Of a stretch of 64,000 nt of DNA, positions 11,225 through 20,770 are shown in pieces; position 1 is the first letter of the stretch; each line of letters starts with the position of its first letter. Origin of the DNA: an uncultured delta proteobacterium (GTDB lineage Bacteria > Desulfobacterota > Binatia > UBA9968); the NCBI GenBank assembly GCA_963847445.1, contig CAWJZV010000004.1:64001-128000 (forward strand), given 5' to 3'. A program made the position numbers and the translations under genes. A model generated the notes under the pieces. The model was not told where the DNA came from and did not search any database. It saw only the letters and a program-made list of their open reading frames with translations.

Positions 11225-11570
11225 TCAGAATTTTTCGTCTTCTGGAATTATGTCTGTCACCAGATCGCGAATCAGCGGCCGCTTGGGCAGCGGCTCGACG
11301 GTCGTTCTACCCGGCATAAGTTTGGCGATGCAGGTGTACTCGACGGCGCCGTTGACCAGCGCCATGCAGGTCTTGCACGCATTGGCGTTGATGCAGCTGT
11401 AGCGGATCGCCAGGCCGCTGTCCAAATTCCCACGAATCCATCGCAGGGCGTCGAGCACCGACATGCCCTCTTCGTAGGGTACTTGGAAATCGTCGTAGCG
11501 CGGCGCCTCGCCCGGCGCGCCGCGCCGGACATGAAGGGTCGCCGTTTTTGATTGCCGCCGCCATTGTCAT
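11225..11570 (-). CDS. 2Fe-2S protein similar to the N-terminal domain of SdhB/FrdB; frameshifted
   Basis: YDDFQVPYEEGMSVLDALRWIR..D.GLAIRYSCINANACKTCMALVNG....TC...EPLP....RDLVTD; ends before the 4Fe-4S domain. Confidence 0.8.
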
Positions 11571-13293
11571 CCGCCGGGCAAGCGCACAGGCGCGATCCAG
11601 CTCGTCCGCAGTTCACCGTTGTCCAAGGCAACGGCTTGGTTTTTCAGAAATGAATCGTCCGGCGCGGGAAAATCTTCGCGCTGGTGCGCGCCCCGGCTCT
11701 CGGTGCGGGCCAGCGCGGCGGTAACGATCGCCGCGGCGGTGGTCAGCATGGCGCGCAGCTCGAACCAATCTTGAAGATCCAGGTTGTAGGGCTGCGCCGC
11801 GGCGACCTTCAGGCTCGGCAGTTGCTGCTGCATGTCCTCGATTCGTGCCAGCGCCGCTGACAATTTTTCGCCGCGGCGAAACGGCCCGGCGTTCTCCCAC
11901 ATGAGTCTTTGCAGCTCGGCCTGCAGCGAGATCGGCGTCAGCGCGCCGGCGCCATCGCTGCATGCGGAACCGCGCAGACGTTCGAGAGCCGCCTGCGCCG
12001 CGCTTTCATGCCAATGAGAATTTATCTGTTTAACCTTGAGCGCGGCGCTCGCTCCAGCGCGCTCACCGAAAACGAAGGCTTCGGTGATGGCGTTGCCGGA
12101 CAATCGATTGGCGCCGTTGGCGCCGCCCACCGCTTCGCCGGCGGCGTAAAGCCCGGCGATGCGCGTTTGCATGTCGGCGTCGACGCGAATGCCGCCCATG
12201 TGGTAGTGCGCCATGGGACCGACCTCCACCGGTGTTTTGGTCAGATCGATGCCATTGGTCAGCAAACGGTCGATCACCGGACCGAACGCGCCGCGCAGGT
12301 CGGCCTCGGCAACATGGCGGAAGTCCAAGTAAGCCCCGCCATGGGGCGTGCCGCGGCCGGCCTCGACTTCTTTCAAGATGGCGTAGGCGGCGACATCGCG
12401 GGTGGCGTTGTACTTGCCGAAATCCGTGCTGCCGTAGCGGTCGATGAATTCTTCGAACCTGCCGTTGAGTAATTTACCGCCGAGCTTGTAGCGAAACGGA
12501 TCCCACATGATCGGGTCCATGCCGACCAGGCGCGGCGCCAGGTGACCGATGGGAAAGAACTGGACGAACTCCATATCGATCAATTCCGCGCCCGGCCCAC
12601 AAGGCCATCGCATAGGCTTCGCCGCCCATGTTGGCCGACGCGCTATTGCGCTCGTAGAGTTTGGTCAAACCGCCGGCGGCGAGGATCACCGCCTTGGCCT
12701 CGATGACCAGCCACCGTCCGTCGGCGAGATCGAGCGCGACGGCGCCCATCGCTCTGCCCTCGCCAACGAGAATTTCCACCACGGCAAGGTTACTGATGCG
12801 GCGAATCGCGGCAGTCTCGCTGACCTTGCGCCGCAAGGTCGCCGCCACCGCCGGACCGGTATTGAGAAAGTCGACATAGCAGCAGCGCTTGACGCTATGG
12901 CCGGGCGCCATCTCCTGCTTGATGTGGCCGTCCTCGCGCGCCCAGCGGGTGCCCCACTGCGCCATCTCGCGTATGCGCGTCGGCCCATCTTCACAGAGTA
13001 AATACGCCAGCGCCTGATTGCACAGGCCGCGCCCGGCGTTCAAGGTGTCGTGAAAATGCAGTTGCACCGAGTCGGCTTCCTGCTCTCCCAGGGCGACGGC
13101 AACAGTCATCTGTGCCATGATCGTCGCGCCGCCGCGGCCGACCTGGCTCTTGTCGAGCAGGAGCACCGACGCGCCCTCGCGCGCCGCGGCGATCGCCGCG
13201 TACATGCCGGCGCCGCCGGCGCCGACGATGAGAACATCTGTGGAGAGATCGAGGCATTGGCGATCAGCGGTCGCGATTGCGTTGGCGATTCAT
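11567..13293 (-). CDS. Succinate dehydrogenase/fumarate reductase-family flavoprotein; frameshifted
   Basis: GAGGAG FAD motif, VILAAGG, DMEFVQF, TRD, AHYHMGG, GLYAAGE, GANRLSGN, RTESRGAH. Confidence 0.88.
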
Positions 13294-13363
13294 TTTTCCC
13301 AGAGCCGCGCGGACGATCGTCGGGATTGCATTGCGTCGACTCGAACTCGACTTTCTCTTTGTC

Positions 13364-13534
13364 GTCATTCCCGTGCACAAGCGGGAATCGAGGTTTGACC
13401 GGACAGACCTGCCGCGGCATAGCCGCATCCGAAACACGGAATCCCCAGCGCTAAGCTCGCAAGGTGGCGGCCATGCCCGTCATCCGGAGTCGAATGGAGG
13501 GATCCAAGAGACTTCTCGCTTCGGTCGAAATGAC
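13364..13534. repeat. Cluster of GTCAT-headed REP-like palindromes
   Basis: GTCATTCCCGTGCACAAGCGGGAATC at 13364; GTCATCCGGAG...GATCC at 13479 facing an inverted GTCATTTCGACCGAAGCGAGAAGTCTC ending 13534. Confidence 0.6.
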
Positions 13535-13660
13535 GGAACTCCGAACTTGGCGTCTTGCGCCTTTGCGGAGAGTCAATTCCCGTTTCGAGTATGCCAAATC
13601 ACCGGAAAATTTGTTCGAGCCGGACAAACTGTCAAGCATAGTAGCACGAAGTGCGGAATC

Positions 13661-14404
13661 TTAATCATCCGAACCTTCGTGTCCTTCGTGCCTTCGTGGT
13701 GCAAGCGTCTTCTCGCTATCGCCTTGCTGCAGCTCCAGCAGCGCCAATTTAGCCGCTTCCTGTTCAGAAATTTTCTTACTCTTCCCTTCACCCTTGCCCA
13801 ACACCCTACCGCCCACCGTGATCTCGGTGACGAAGACTTTTTCATGATCGGGACCGGCCTCGGCGACGATCTGGTAAGTTGGCGGCTCGTGAAACAGCAT
13901 CTGGCTGATTTCCTGCAGCCGGGTCTTGTAGTCTTGCTGGCCCAACTGTTTGCCGGTGACATCCTGGAGGAAAAAGCGCTCGACGACGCTGCGCGCCGCT
14001 TGGTAACCGCCGTCGCGATAGACGGCGCCGAGGATCGCCTCGAAGGCGCCCGCTAGGATCGACGGTTTGCTGCGCCCTTCACTGCGTTCTTCGCCCTTGC
14101 CCAGACGCAAGAACGCGCCGAGCTTGAGCTCGCCCGCCTTCTCCGCCAGCACCGTGGAATTCACCAGCGCCGCGCGCATGCGCGACAGATCGCCCTCGGT
14201 CTTGTCGGGATTATGCTGCATCAACAAATCGCTCACCGCCAGGTCGAGCACGGCGTCGCCGAGAAACTCCAGGACTTCGTTATGATCGCCGCTCTTGTGC
14301 CGGTCGTAGGACACATGGGTGAGGGCGCGCTCGAGCAAAGTCTCGTCTGTGAAACTGTAGCCCAATTCGCCCAGCAGAAGATTGAGTTGTGCGTCGGTAT
14401 TCAA
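13661..14404 (-). CDS. rnc: Ribonuclease III
   Basis: ALTHVS, NEVLEFLGDAVLDL, FEAILGAVYRD, DYKTRLQE dsRBD, GPDH, GKSKKISEQEAA; TTG start. Confidence 0.95.
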   Translation of the reverse strand: MNTDAQLNLLLGELGYSFTDETLLERALTHVSYDRHKSGDHNEVLEFLGDAVLDLAVSDLLMQHNPDKTEGDLSRMRAALVNSTVLAEKAGELKLGAFLRLGKGEERSEGRSKPSILAGAFEAILGAVYRDGGYQAARSVVERFFLQDVTGKQLGQQDYKTRLQEISQMLFHEPPTYQIVAEAGPDHEKVFVTEITVGGRVLGKGEGKSKKISEQEAAKLALLELQQGDSEKTLAPRRHEGHEGSDD

Positions 14405-14411
14405 GGGGGTT

Positions 14412-15755
14412 TCACCGATCGGTTGCGGTGAGATTTCGCTGGTCGGCCGGAGTCTCCACGGTATCCACGATACCGCGCAGCCAACCGCTGCGGTATTCGC
14501 CCAGACGCACGGTGACTTCGCGGTTGGCCAGCACGCCGGCGCCGGCGAGCGCCACCGGCAAGTAATTGCGGCTGAAACCACGACCCAAGCCGGTTGTCTT
14601 GTCGACTCTGCCCTCGACCAGCACGGCCATGCGCTGGCCGGCAAATCCGGCGCAAAACTCCTGCTTCTTGCGCGCGCCCAGATCGCGCATCCGTTGGGCG
14701 CGCAGTTTTTTCACCGGGGTTGGCACCGGATCCGGCAACGTCGCCGCCACCGTGCCGCGCCGCGACGAATAAGGAAAAACATGAAAATAGGTGAGAGGCA
14801 GGTGGTCAAAATACTTAAGCGAAGCCTCGAACTGCCCGTCGCTCTCGCCGGGGAAGCCGACGATGACATCGCTGCCAATCGCCGCATCGGGCAGACGTTG
14901 GCGGACACGCGCGAGCAGGTCGCGATAGTAGGCGGTGTCGTAATTGCGCCGCATCGCTTTGAGAATCGCGTCATCGCCCGCCTGGGCGCAGATATGCAGA
15001 TGCGGGCAGATCGAATCCGAACTCGCCATTAAATCGAGCAGCCGATCGGGGACTTCGCGCGGGTCGAGAGAACTGAGACGAATGCGCGACATCAAACCGC
15101 TTTCGGCGATCTGCTCGACCAGCGCGGTCAAATCCAGTTTCGCCGGCAGATCCTGGCCGTAGCCGCCGAGATGAATGCCGGTGAGGACGATCTCCTGGTA
15201 ACCCGAGTCGGCCAGTTGGCGCACCTGCGCCAACACTTGCCGCGGCATCACGCTGCGGCTTAGGCCGCGCGCCGTCGGGATGATGCAGTAGCTGCAGCTA
15301 TAGTTGCAGCCCTCCTGGATCTTCACAAAGGCGCGGGTGTGGCCGGGCAGCGCCCGGGTGCCCAACACCGGCACGCCGCGCTCACGCTTGACGTCGCTCA
15401 CCGCCACCTGAGTTTCCCCGAGCGGCGCAGCCTCGACGAAACGGAGCAAATCGTCCAGGCGATTGAGACCGACGACATAGTCGACGCCTTCCAGCCGCGC
15501 CACCTCGTCCGGACTGACCTGGGCGTAGCAGCCGGTGACCAGCACCCTGGCGCCGGGATTCATCCGTTTGGCGCGGCGCACCAGCTGGCGCGCCTGCCAA
15601 TCGGCGCGGTCGGTGACCGTGCAAGTATTGATCACATAGCAGTCCGCGGCGGCTTCGAAGGGCACGAACGAATGCTTTGCCTCCAAGCGGTTTTGAATCA
15701 CCGCCGAGTCGTACTGATTGATTTTGCAACCGAGAGTGGTGATAGCAATCTTCAT
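14412..15755 (-). CDS. mtaB: tRNA ms2t6A methylthiotransferase MtaB
   Basis: TLGCKINQYDS, NTCTVT, RAFVKIQEGCNYSCSYCIIP, DVIVGFPGE, HVFPYSSRRGT. Confidence 0.93.
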   Translation of the reverse strand: MKIAITTLGCKINQYDSAVIQNRLEAKHSFVPFEAAADCYVINTCTVTDRADWQARQLVRRAKRMNPGARVLVTGCYAQVSPDEVARLEGVDYVVGLNRLDDLLRFVEAAPLGETQVAVSDVKRERGVPVLGTRALPGHTRAFVKIQEGCNYSCSYCIIPTARGLSRSVMPRQVLAQVRQLADSGYQEIVLTGIHLGGYGQDLPAKLDLTALVEQIAESGLMSRIRLSSLDPREVPDRLLDLMASSDSICPHLHICAQAGDDAILKAMRRNYDTAYYRDLLARVRQRLPDAAIGSDVIVGFPGESDGQFEASLKYFDHLPLTYFHVFPYSSRRGTVAATLPDPVPTPVKKLRAQRMRDLGARKKQEFCAGFAGQRMAVLVEGRVDKTTGLGRGFSRNYLPVALAGAGVLANREVTVRLGEYRSGWLRGIVDTVETPADQRNLTATDR

Positions 15756-15770
15756 GTTCTCACTTGGTAA

Positions 15771-15851
15771 AATTCCAAATTACAAATTCCATATTCCAAA
15801 TTCATCCGATTCCGAGTTCTGCAATTTGGAATCTGTAATCTGGAATTTGGA
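15771..15851. repeat. Inverted heptamer arrays (AATTCCA)n ... (TGGAATT)n
   Basis: AATTCCAAATTACAAATTCCATATTCCAAATT, about 20-nt spacer, then AATTTGGAATCTGTAATCTGGAATTTGGA. Confidence 0.85.
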
Positions 15852-15865
15852 TCGAGCACGCGCTG

Positions 15866-16930
15866 CTAACGCAGCGCCCGCTCGATCCAACCACCGCCGA
15901 GCACTTGCTCGCCGCGATAAAAAACCGCCGCCTGGCCGGGTGTCACCGCCGCCAGTGGATGATCGAAGCGAACCTCGCAGCCGCCATCCGCCAGAGGGCG
16001 AATCACGCAAGGCACCGCCGGCGCGCGGTAGCGAATCTGCACTTCGGCGGCGCTTTCGCCATCCATCGGGGCTTCGATCCAGTTCACCGCGCCGGCGATC
16101 AGCCCAGGGCAATTCAAATCGTTCTTATTACCGACGACCACCCGCTTGGAGCGCTCGTCGATGTCGACGACGTAAAGCGGTTCGGCACCGGAGATGCCCA
16201 ATCCACGGCGCTGGCCGACGGTGACGGTGTGGACCCCGCCATGCTGCCCGAGCACTTTGCCGGAACGGTCGACCACGTCGCCGCCGCCTAACTCATCGGC
16301 GCCAGCGTAGGTGGCGACCAAAGCTTTGTAATCGCCGAAACAGATGTCCTGGCTCTCCGGCCGCTCCGCCGCGGGCAAGGCCAACTGCCGGGCTTTCTCG
16401 CGCACCGCAGTCTTGTGCATCCCGCCCAGGGGAAACAGCGTGCGCGACAATTGCGCCTGCGACAATGCGAAGAGAAAATACGACTGATCCTTGGCGCCGT
16501 CGACAGCGCGCAGCAATGACGTATGCGCCGTCGTGGAATCCTGTGCGAGCCGGGCATAATGGCCGGTGGCGACGAAATCCGCCCCCTGCTCATCGGTCCA
16601 GCGCAGCAGCGTGCCGAGCTTGAAGTCGCGATTGCACGCCACGCAGGGATTGGGCGTGCGGCCGTGCAGATAGTCCTGGGCAAACGGCTTGACCACCATG
16701 CTGGCGAATTGCTCGCGCAGGTCGAGCAAGGTATGCGAGATGCCCAGGTGTTTGGCGACTTCCTCGGCGCCGCGATGATCCGAGCATACCCGCGGCCCCT
16801 TCTCGCCCTCCCACATGCGCAGCGAGACGCCGATGACCTCATGCCCTTGCTCCACCAGCAGCGCCGCGGTCACCGAACTGTCGACGCCGCCGCTCATGGC
16901 GACGACGATTTTTTTCTTTTCACCATTCAT
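15866..16930 (-). CDS. mnmA: tRNA 2-thiouridine synthase MnmA
   Basis: AMSGGVDSSV, TPNPCVACN, ATGHYA, KDQSYFL, ESQDICF, AVTPGQAAVFY. Confidence 0.96.
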   Translation of the reverse strand: MNGEKKKIVVAMSGGVDSSVTAALLVEQGHEVIGVSLRMWEGEKGPRVCSDHRGAEEVAKHLGISHTLLDLREQFASMVVKPFAQDYLHGRTPNPCVACNRDFKLGTLLRWTDEQGADFVATGHYARLAQDSTTAHTSLLRAVDGAKDQSYFLFALSQAQLSRTLFPLGGMHKTAVREKARQLALPAAERPESQDICFGDYKALVATYAGADELGGGDVVDRSGKVLGQHGGVHTVTVGQRRGLGISGAEPLYVVDIDERSKRVVVGNKNDLNCPGLIAGAVNWIEAPMDGESAAEVQIRYRAPAVPCVIRPLADGGCEVRFDHPLAAVTPGQAAVFYRGEQVLGGGWIERALR

Positions 16931-16945
16931 CGAATCACGACCGAT

Positions 16946-16978
16946 TTGAACGGCTTGAACGATTTGAACGTTTTGAAC
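16946..16978. repeat. 9-nt period tandem array (TTGAACnnn) x4
   Basis: TTGAAC at 16946, 16955, 16964, 16973. Confidence 0.9.
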
Positions 16979-16990
16979 GCGTTAACTGTT

Positions 16991-17725
16991 TCAGCTGCCG
17001 GTATTGCGCAGCGCTTCTTTGATGCGATTGAGCTCTTCGGTTTCCTCGGCGGTCTTTTCTTCGAGACCGCCCTGGCGCGCGCTCAGTTCGTCGACTTTCC
17101 TCTCCAACTTTTCGATATAGTCGCCCACCGCGCTCAGCGCCTTGGCGATGGGATCGGGGAGGTCGGCGGAATTCAAATCGATGATCGCCTTGCCGGTGGG
17201 CGTATGCTGCGCTTCGACTTTGACCACTTTACCGGGAATGCCGACGACGGTCGAATGGGCCGGCACCGCGGTCACCAGCACCGAGCCGGCGCCAATCCGG
17301 CTATGACGGCCCACCGTCACCGGACCGAGCACCGCCGCGCCGCTGAAAATCGTCACGGAATCTTCGATGGTCGGATGGCGTTTGATGCGCTGGGTGGAAG
17401 TGCCGCCGAGCGTCACGCCTTGATAGATGGTCACGTCATCGCCGATCTCGGCGGTCTCGCCGATGACCACGCCCATGCCATGATCGATAAAAAAGCGCCG
17501 GCCGATCTTCGCCCCCGGATGGATCTCGATACCGGTGAGAAACCGTCCGAGGTGGCTGACGAAGCGCGCCAGCGTCGTCAGCCCTTGGCGCCACAGCGCA
17601 TGGGCCATGCGGTGCAGCACGATGGCGTGAAATCCCGGATAGGCCAGGACGATCTCCCAGACCGAACGCAGCGCCGGATCGCGCTGCGAAACTACCTGGA
17701 AATCTTCTTTAATGGTTTGCCACAT
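16991..17725 (-). CDS. cysE: Serine O-acetyltransferase
   Basis: [44 protein letters not shown] hexapeptide repeats. Confidence 0.95.
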   Translation of the reverse strand: MWQTIKEDFQVVSQRDPALRSVWEIVLAYPGFHAIVLHRMAHALWRQGLTTLARFVSHLGRFLTGIEIHPGAKIGRRFFIDHGMGVVIGETAEIGDDVTIYQGVTLGGTSTQRIKRHPTIEDSVTIFSGAAVLGPVTVGRHSRIGAGSVLVTAVPAHSTVVGIPGKVVKVEAQHTPTGKAIIDLNSADLPDPIAKALSAVGDYIEKLERKVDELSARQGGLEEKTAEETEELNRIKEALRNTGS

Positions 17726-17736
17726 GGGAGCGGGGA

Positions 17737-17830
17737 ATGGGTAAATGGAGTGATGGAGTGATGGAGTATTGGGTCGGAATCGGCCCGTTCTTTCCATCAC
17801 TCCATTACTCCACTACTCCATCACTCCAAT
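17737..17830. repeat. Inverted octamer arrays (TGGAGTRA)n ... (TYACTCCA)n
   Basis: ATGGAGTGATGGAGTGATGGAGTATTGG ... CCATCACTCCATTACTCCCACTACTCCATCACTCCAAT. Confidence 0.9.
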
Positions 17831-17833
17831 CTT

Positions 17834-19414
17834 CTAATTCGCCCTATGCCGCGCGTCCTTGTACAACTTGTAGTCGATACTGTCGACCAACGCTTGCCAG
17901 CTCGCCTCGATGACGTTGTGCGAAACCCCGACGGTGCCCCAGCGTTCCTTGCCGTCGCCCGATTCGATCAGCACCCGCACCACCGCGCCGGTGCCTTCGC
18001 CCGAGGACAGCACGCGGACTTTGTAGTCGAGCAACTCCACTTGCTTGAGCGCCGGGTAAAATTTAGTCAGCGCCCGGCGCAGCGCTTGGTCCAGCGCATT
18101 CACCGGACCGTTGCCCATCGCCGCCGCATGTTCGAGCTCGCCGTCGACTTGAACTTGAATGGTCGCTTCGGAAATCGGCGCTTCGCCTTCCTTGCGCTTT
18201 TCATCGATGACGCGAAAGCCGATCAGATTGAAATTCTTCTTTTTCTTGCCCAACGCTTCCTGAATCAGCAGTTCGAAGGAAGCTTCCGCCGCTTGAAACT
18301 CGTAGCCCTGGCCCTCGAGCTCTTTGGTGCGGCGCAGCACCTCTTTAATGGCATCGTTCTTGTCGGTCAAATCGATGCCGTATTCTTTGCCCTTGTAGAC
18401 CACGTTGCTGCGGCCGGACAGATCCGAGACCAAAACCCGCTGGCGGTTGCCGACCACCACGGGATCGATATGCTCGTAGGTCTCGCGGTTCTTGATCACG
18501 CCGGAAACATGCAGCCCGCCCTTATGGGCGAAGGCGCTGTCGCCGACATAGGCCTGGCGCTTGTTGGGATTGATATTGGCGAGCTCGTAGAACAGCTGCG
18601 ACACTTCGCGGAGTTTTTTCAGCTGCGCCGGGGTCACGCATTTCTTGCCCATCTTGAGCTGCAAGTTGGCGATCACCGAGATCAAATTCATGTTGCCGCA
18701 GCGTTCGCCGAAACCGTTGATGGTGCCCTGCACCTGGGTGACGCCCATCTCGACGCCGGCGAGCGTGTTGGCCACCGCCAGCTCGCCGTCGTTATGGCAA
18801 TGAATCCCCAGCGGCGTCTTGACCGCCCGGTTGACCTGGGTCAGCGCTTCGCGAATCTCGCCGGGCAGCCGCCCGCCATTGGTCTCGCACAGGACGATCC
18901 AGTCGGCGCCGCCATCCTGCGCCGCCTTGAGGCACTCGATGGCGTAGTCCGGGTTGGCGCGGAAGCCGTCGAAGAAGTGCTCGGCGTCGAAGATCACTTC
19001 GTCGACGCGCTTTTTCATATAGGCGATGGAATCGCCGATGATGTCCAGGTTGGCCTTTTGACTGATGCGCAGATCGTCGCGCACATGCAGGTCCCAGGTC
19101 TTGCCGACCAGGGTCACCACCGGCGTGTCGGCCGCCAGCAGCACGCGCAGATTGAAATCCTGGGAAGGCTTGATGCCGACCTTCATGGTGGTGCCGAAGG
19201 AAGCTACCCTGGCATTCTTGAGCTTGAGCTTTTTGACCCGCTTGAAAAAATCGGCGTCGCGCTCGTTGGAGCCGGGATAGCCGCCTTCGATGTAATCGAT
19301 GCCGAGCTCGTCCAATTTCGCGGCGATGCGCAACTTGTCTTCCAGGGTAAACGAAACATCCTCGGCTTGGCAGCCGTCCCGCAGCGTCGTGTCGTACAGC
19401 AAAACATCTTTCAT
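17834..19414 (-). CDS. cimA: Citramalate synthase (LeuA/CimA family)
   Basis: YDTTLRDG, IEGGYPGSN, FDAEHFFDG, GIHCHND, AFAHKGGLH, WGTVGVSHNVIEASW. Confidence 0.92.
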   Translation of the reverse strand: MKDVLLYDTTLRDGCQAEDVSFTLEDKLRIAAKLDELGIDYIEGGYPGSNERDADFFKRVKKLKLKNARVASFGTTMKVGIKPSQDFNLRVLLAADTPVVTLVGKTWDLHVRDDLRISQKANLDIIGDSIAYMKKRVDEVIFDAEHFFDGFRANPDYAIECLKAAQDGGADWIVLCETNGGRLPGEIREALTQVNRAVKTPLGIHCHNDGELAVANTLAGVEMGVTQVQGTINGFGERCGNMNLISVIANLQLKMGKKCVTPAQLKKLREVSQLFYELANINPNKRQAYVGDSAFAHKGGLHVSGVIKNRETYEHIDPVVVGNRQRVLVSDLSGRSNVVYKGKEYGIDLTDKNDAIKEVLRRTKELEGQGYEFQAAEASFELLIQEALGKKKKNFNLIGFRVIDEKRKEGEAPISEATIQVQVDGELEHAAAMGNGPVNALDQALRRALTKFYPALKQVELLDYKVRVLSSGEGTGAVVRVLIESGDGKERWGTVGVSHNVIEASWQALVDSIDYKLYKDARHRAN

Positions 19415-19422
19415 AACTTCCT

Positions 19423-20634
19423 CTAATTGGCGATGAAGGCCTCGTGCAAGGCGCGCACGGCGTGATCCGACTGCTTGGCGTCGATGACCACGGAAATCTT
19501 GATCTCGGAAGTCGAGATCATTTGAATATTGATCTTCTCCCGCGCCAGGGTCTCGAACATCATCGCCGCCACGCCGGCATGGGTGCGCATGCCGACGCCG
19601 ACCACGGAAACCTTGGCGATATCGGTATCGACCCGCACGCCCTTGGCGTGCACTTCCGGCAGCGACTTCTCGACGATGGCGAGGGCCCTTTGATGATCGG
19701 CCATGGGCACGGTGAACGTCAGATCGGTGGTGCCGTCTTGACTGGCATTTTGAATGATCATGTCGACGACGATATGCGCCGCCGCGATCGGGCCGAATAT
19801 CTGCGCCGCCAGGCCGGGCTGATCGGGAACCCGGACCAGGGTGATCTTGGCTTCGTTCTTGTCGCAGGCCACTCCGGAGACCAATACATCGCTCATGCTG
19901 TCATCCTCCTCGACCAGCCAGGTGCCTTCGACATCGGCAAACGTCGAACGGACATGCACCGGCACGCCGTATTTTTTCGCGAACTCGACGGAACGGATCT
20001 CCAAAACTTTCGCGCCGGTGCTGGCGAATTCGATCATCTCGTCATAGGAAATCTTGGCCAACTTGCGCGCCTGCGGACAGATGCGCGGGTCGGTGGTAAA
20101 GACGCCCTCGACATCGGTATAAATCTCACAAGCCTTGGCGTTGAGAAACGCCGCCAGCGCCACCGCGCTGGTGTCCGAGCCGCCCCGCCCCAGGGTGGTG
20201 ATGTTGTCATTCTCATCGACGCCTTGGAAACCGGCGATGACGACGACTTCGCCGGCGTTCAAGGCCTGGACGATCTTGGTCGAGTCGATGCTCAAGATGC
20301 GCGCCTTGCCGTAGGCGTTATCGGTCTCGATGCGCACCTGATGGCCCAAGTAGGAACGGGCCGGCTGGCCGGTCTCTTTGATCGCCAGACTCAACAGCGC
20401 GACGGTCACCTGCTCACCGGTGGCGATCAGGACATCTTTTTCCCGCTCGTCGGGAATCGGCGAAATCTCCTGGGACAGGGCGATCAACCGGTTGGTCTCC
20501 CCGGCCATGGCGGAAACCACCACGACGACGTCGTTGCCGGCCCGCTTCGCGGCCGCGACTTTCGCCGCCACGCCTTTGATCTTGGCGATGGAGCCGACGG
20601 AGGAGCCGCCATATTTCTGTACTAACAACCCCAC
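19423..20634 (-). CDS. lysC: Aspartate kinase
   Basis: VQKYGGSSV, TTLGRGGSDTSA, YTDVEGV, two ACT domains, ISTSEIKIS; GTG start. Confidence 0.95.
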   Translation of the reverse strand: MGLLVQKYGGSSVGSIAKIKGVAAKVAAAKRAGNDVVVVVSAMAGETNRLIALSQEISPIPDEREKDVLIATGEQVTVALLSLAIKETGQPARSYLGHQVRIETDNAYGKARILSIDSTKIVQALNAGEVVVIAGFQGVDENDNITTLGRGGSDTSAVALAAFLNAKACEIYTDVEGVFTTDPRICPQARKLAKISYDEMIEFASTGAKVLEIRSVEFAKKYGVPVHVRSTFADVEGTWLVEEDDSMSDVLVSGVACDKNEAKITLVRVPDQPGLAAQIFGPIAAAHIVVDMIIQNASQDGTTDLTFTVPMADHQRALAIVEKSLPEVHAKGVRVDTDIAKVSVVGVGMRTHAGVAAMMFETLAREKINIQMISTSEIKISVVIDAKQSDHAVRALHEAFIAN

Positions 20635-20646
20635 GCACCTAACCCC

Positions 20647-20745
20647 GCAATCTATTTTGGATTGTCGATTGTCGGATGAAGATCCACGCCGGCACTTCAT
20701 AGCAGTCTTTGTTCATGCTCCGATCCCTCAATCCAAAATCCAAAA
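20647..20745. repeat. Inverted heptamer arrays (TTTTGGA/ATTGTCG ... TCCAAAA)
   Basis: ATTTTGGATTGTCGATTGTCG ... CAATCCAAAATCCAAAA between tsaE and lysC. Confidence 0.65.
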
Positions 20746-20770
20746 GCCGCCCCGCGGACGAAATCGAAAA

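Noticed and set aside
17737-17830. Short repeat arrays as possible CRISPR
   Set aside because: Units are 7-9 nt with no 25-45 nt unique spacers, and there are no cas genes.
17846-19426. 526-aa plus-strand ORF antisense to cimA (similarly 19444-20625, 16523-17761, 32480-33709, 7814-8812)
   Set aside because: Shadow ORFs expected from GC-rich codon bias on the opposite strand; no recognisable motifs.
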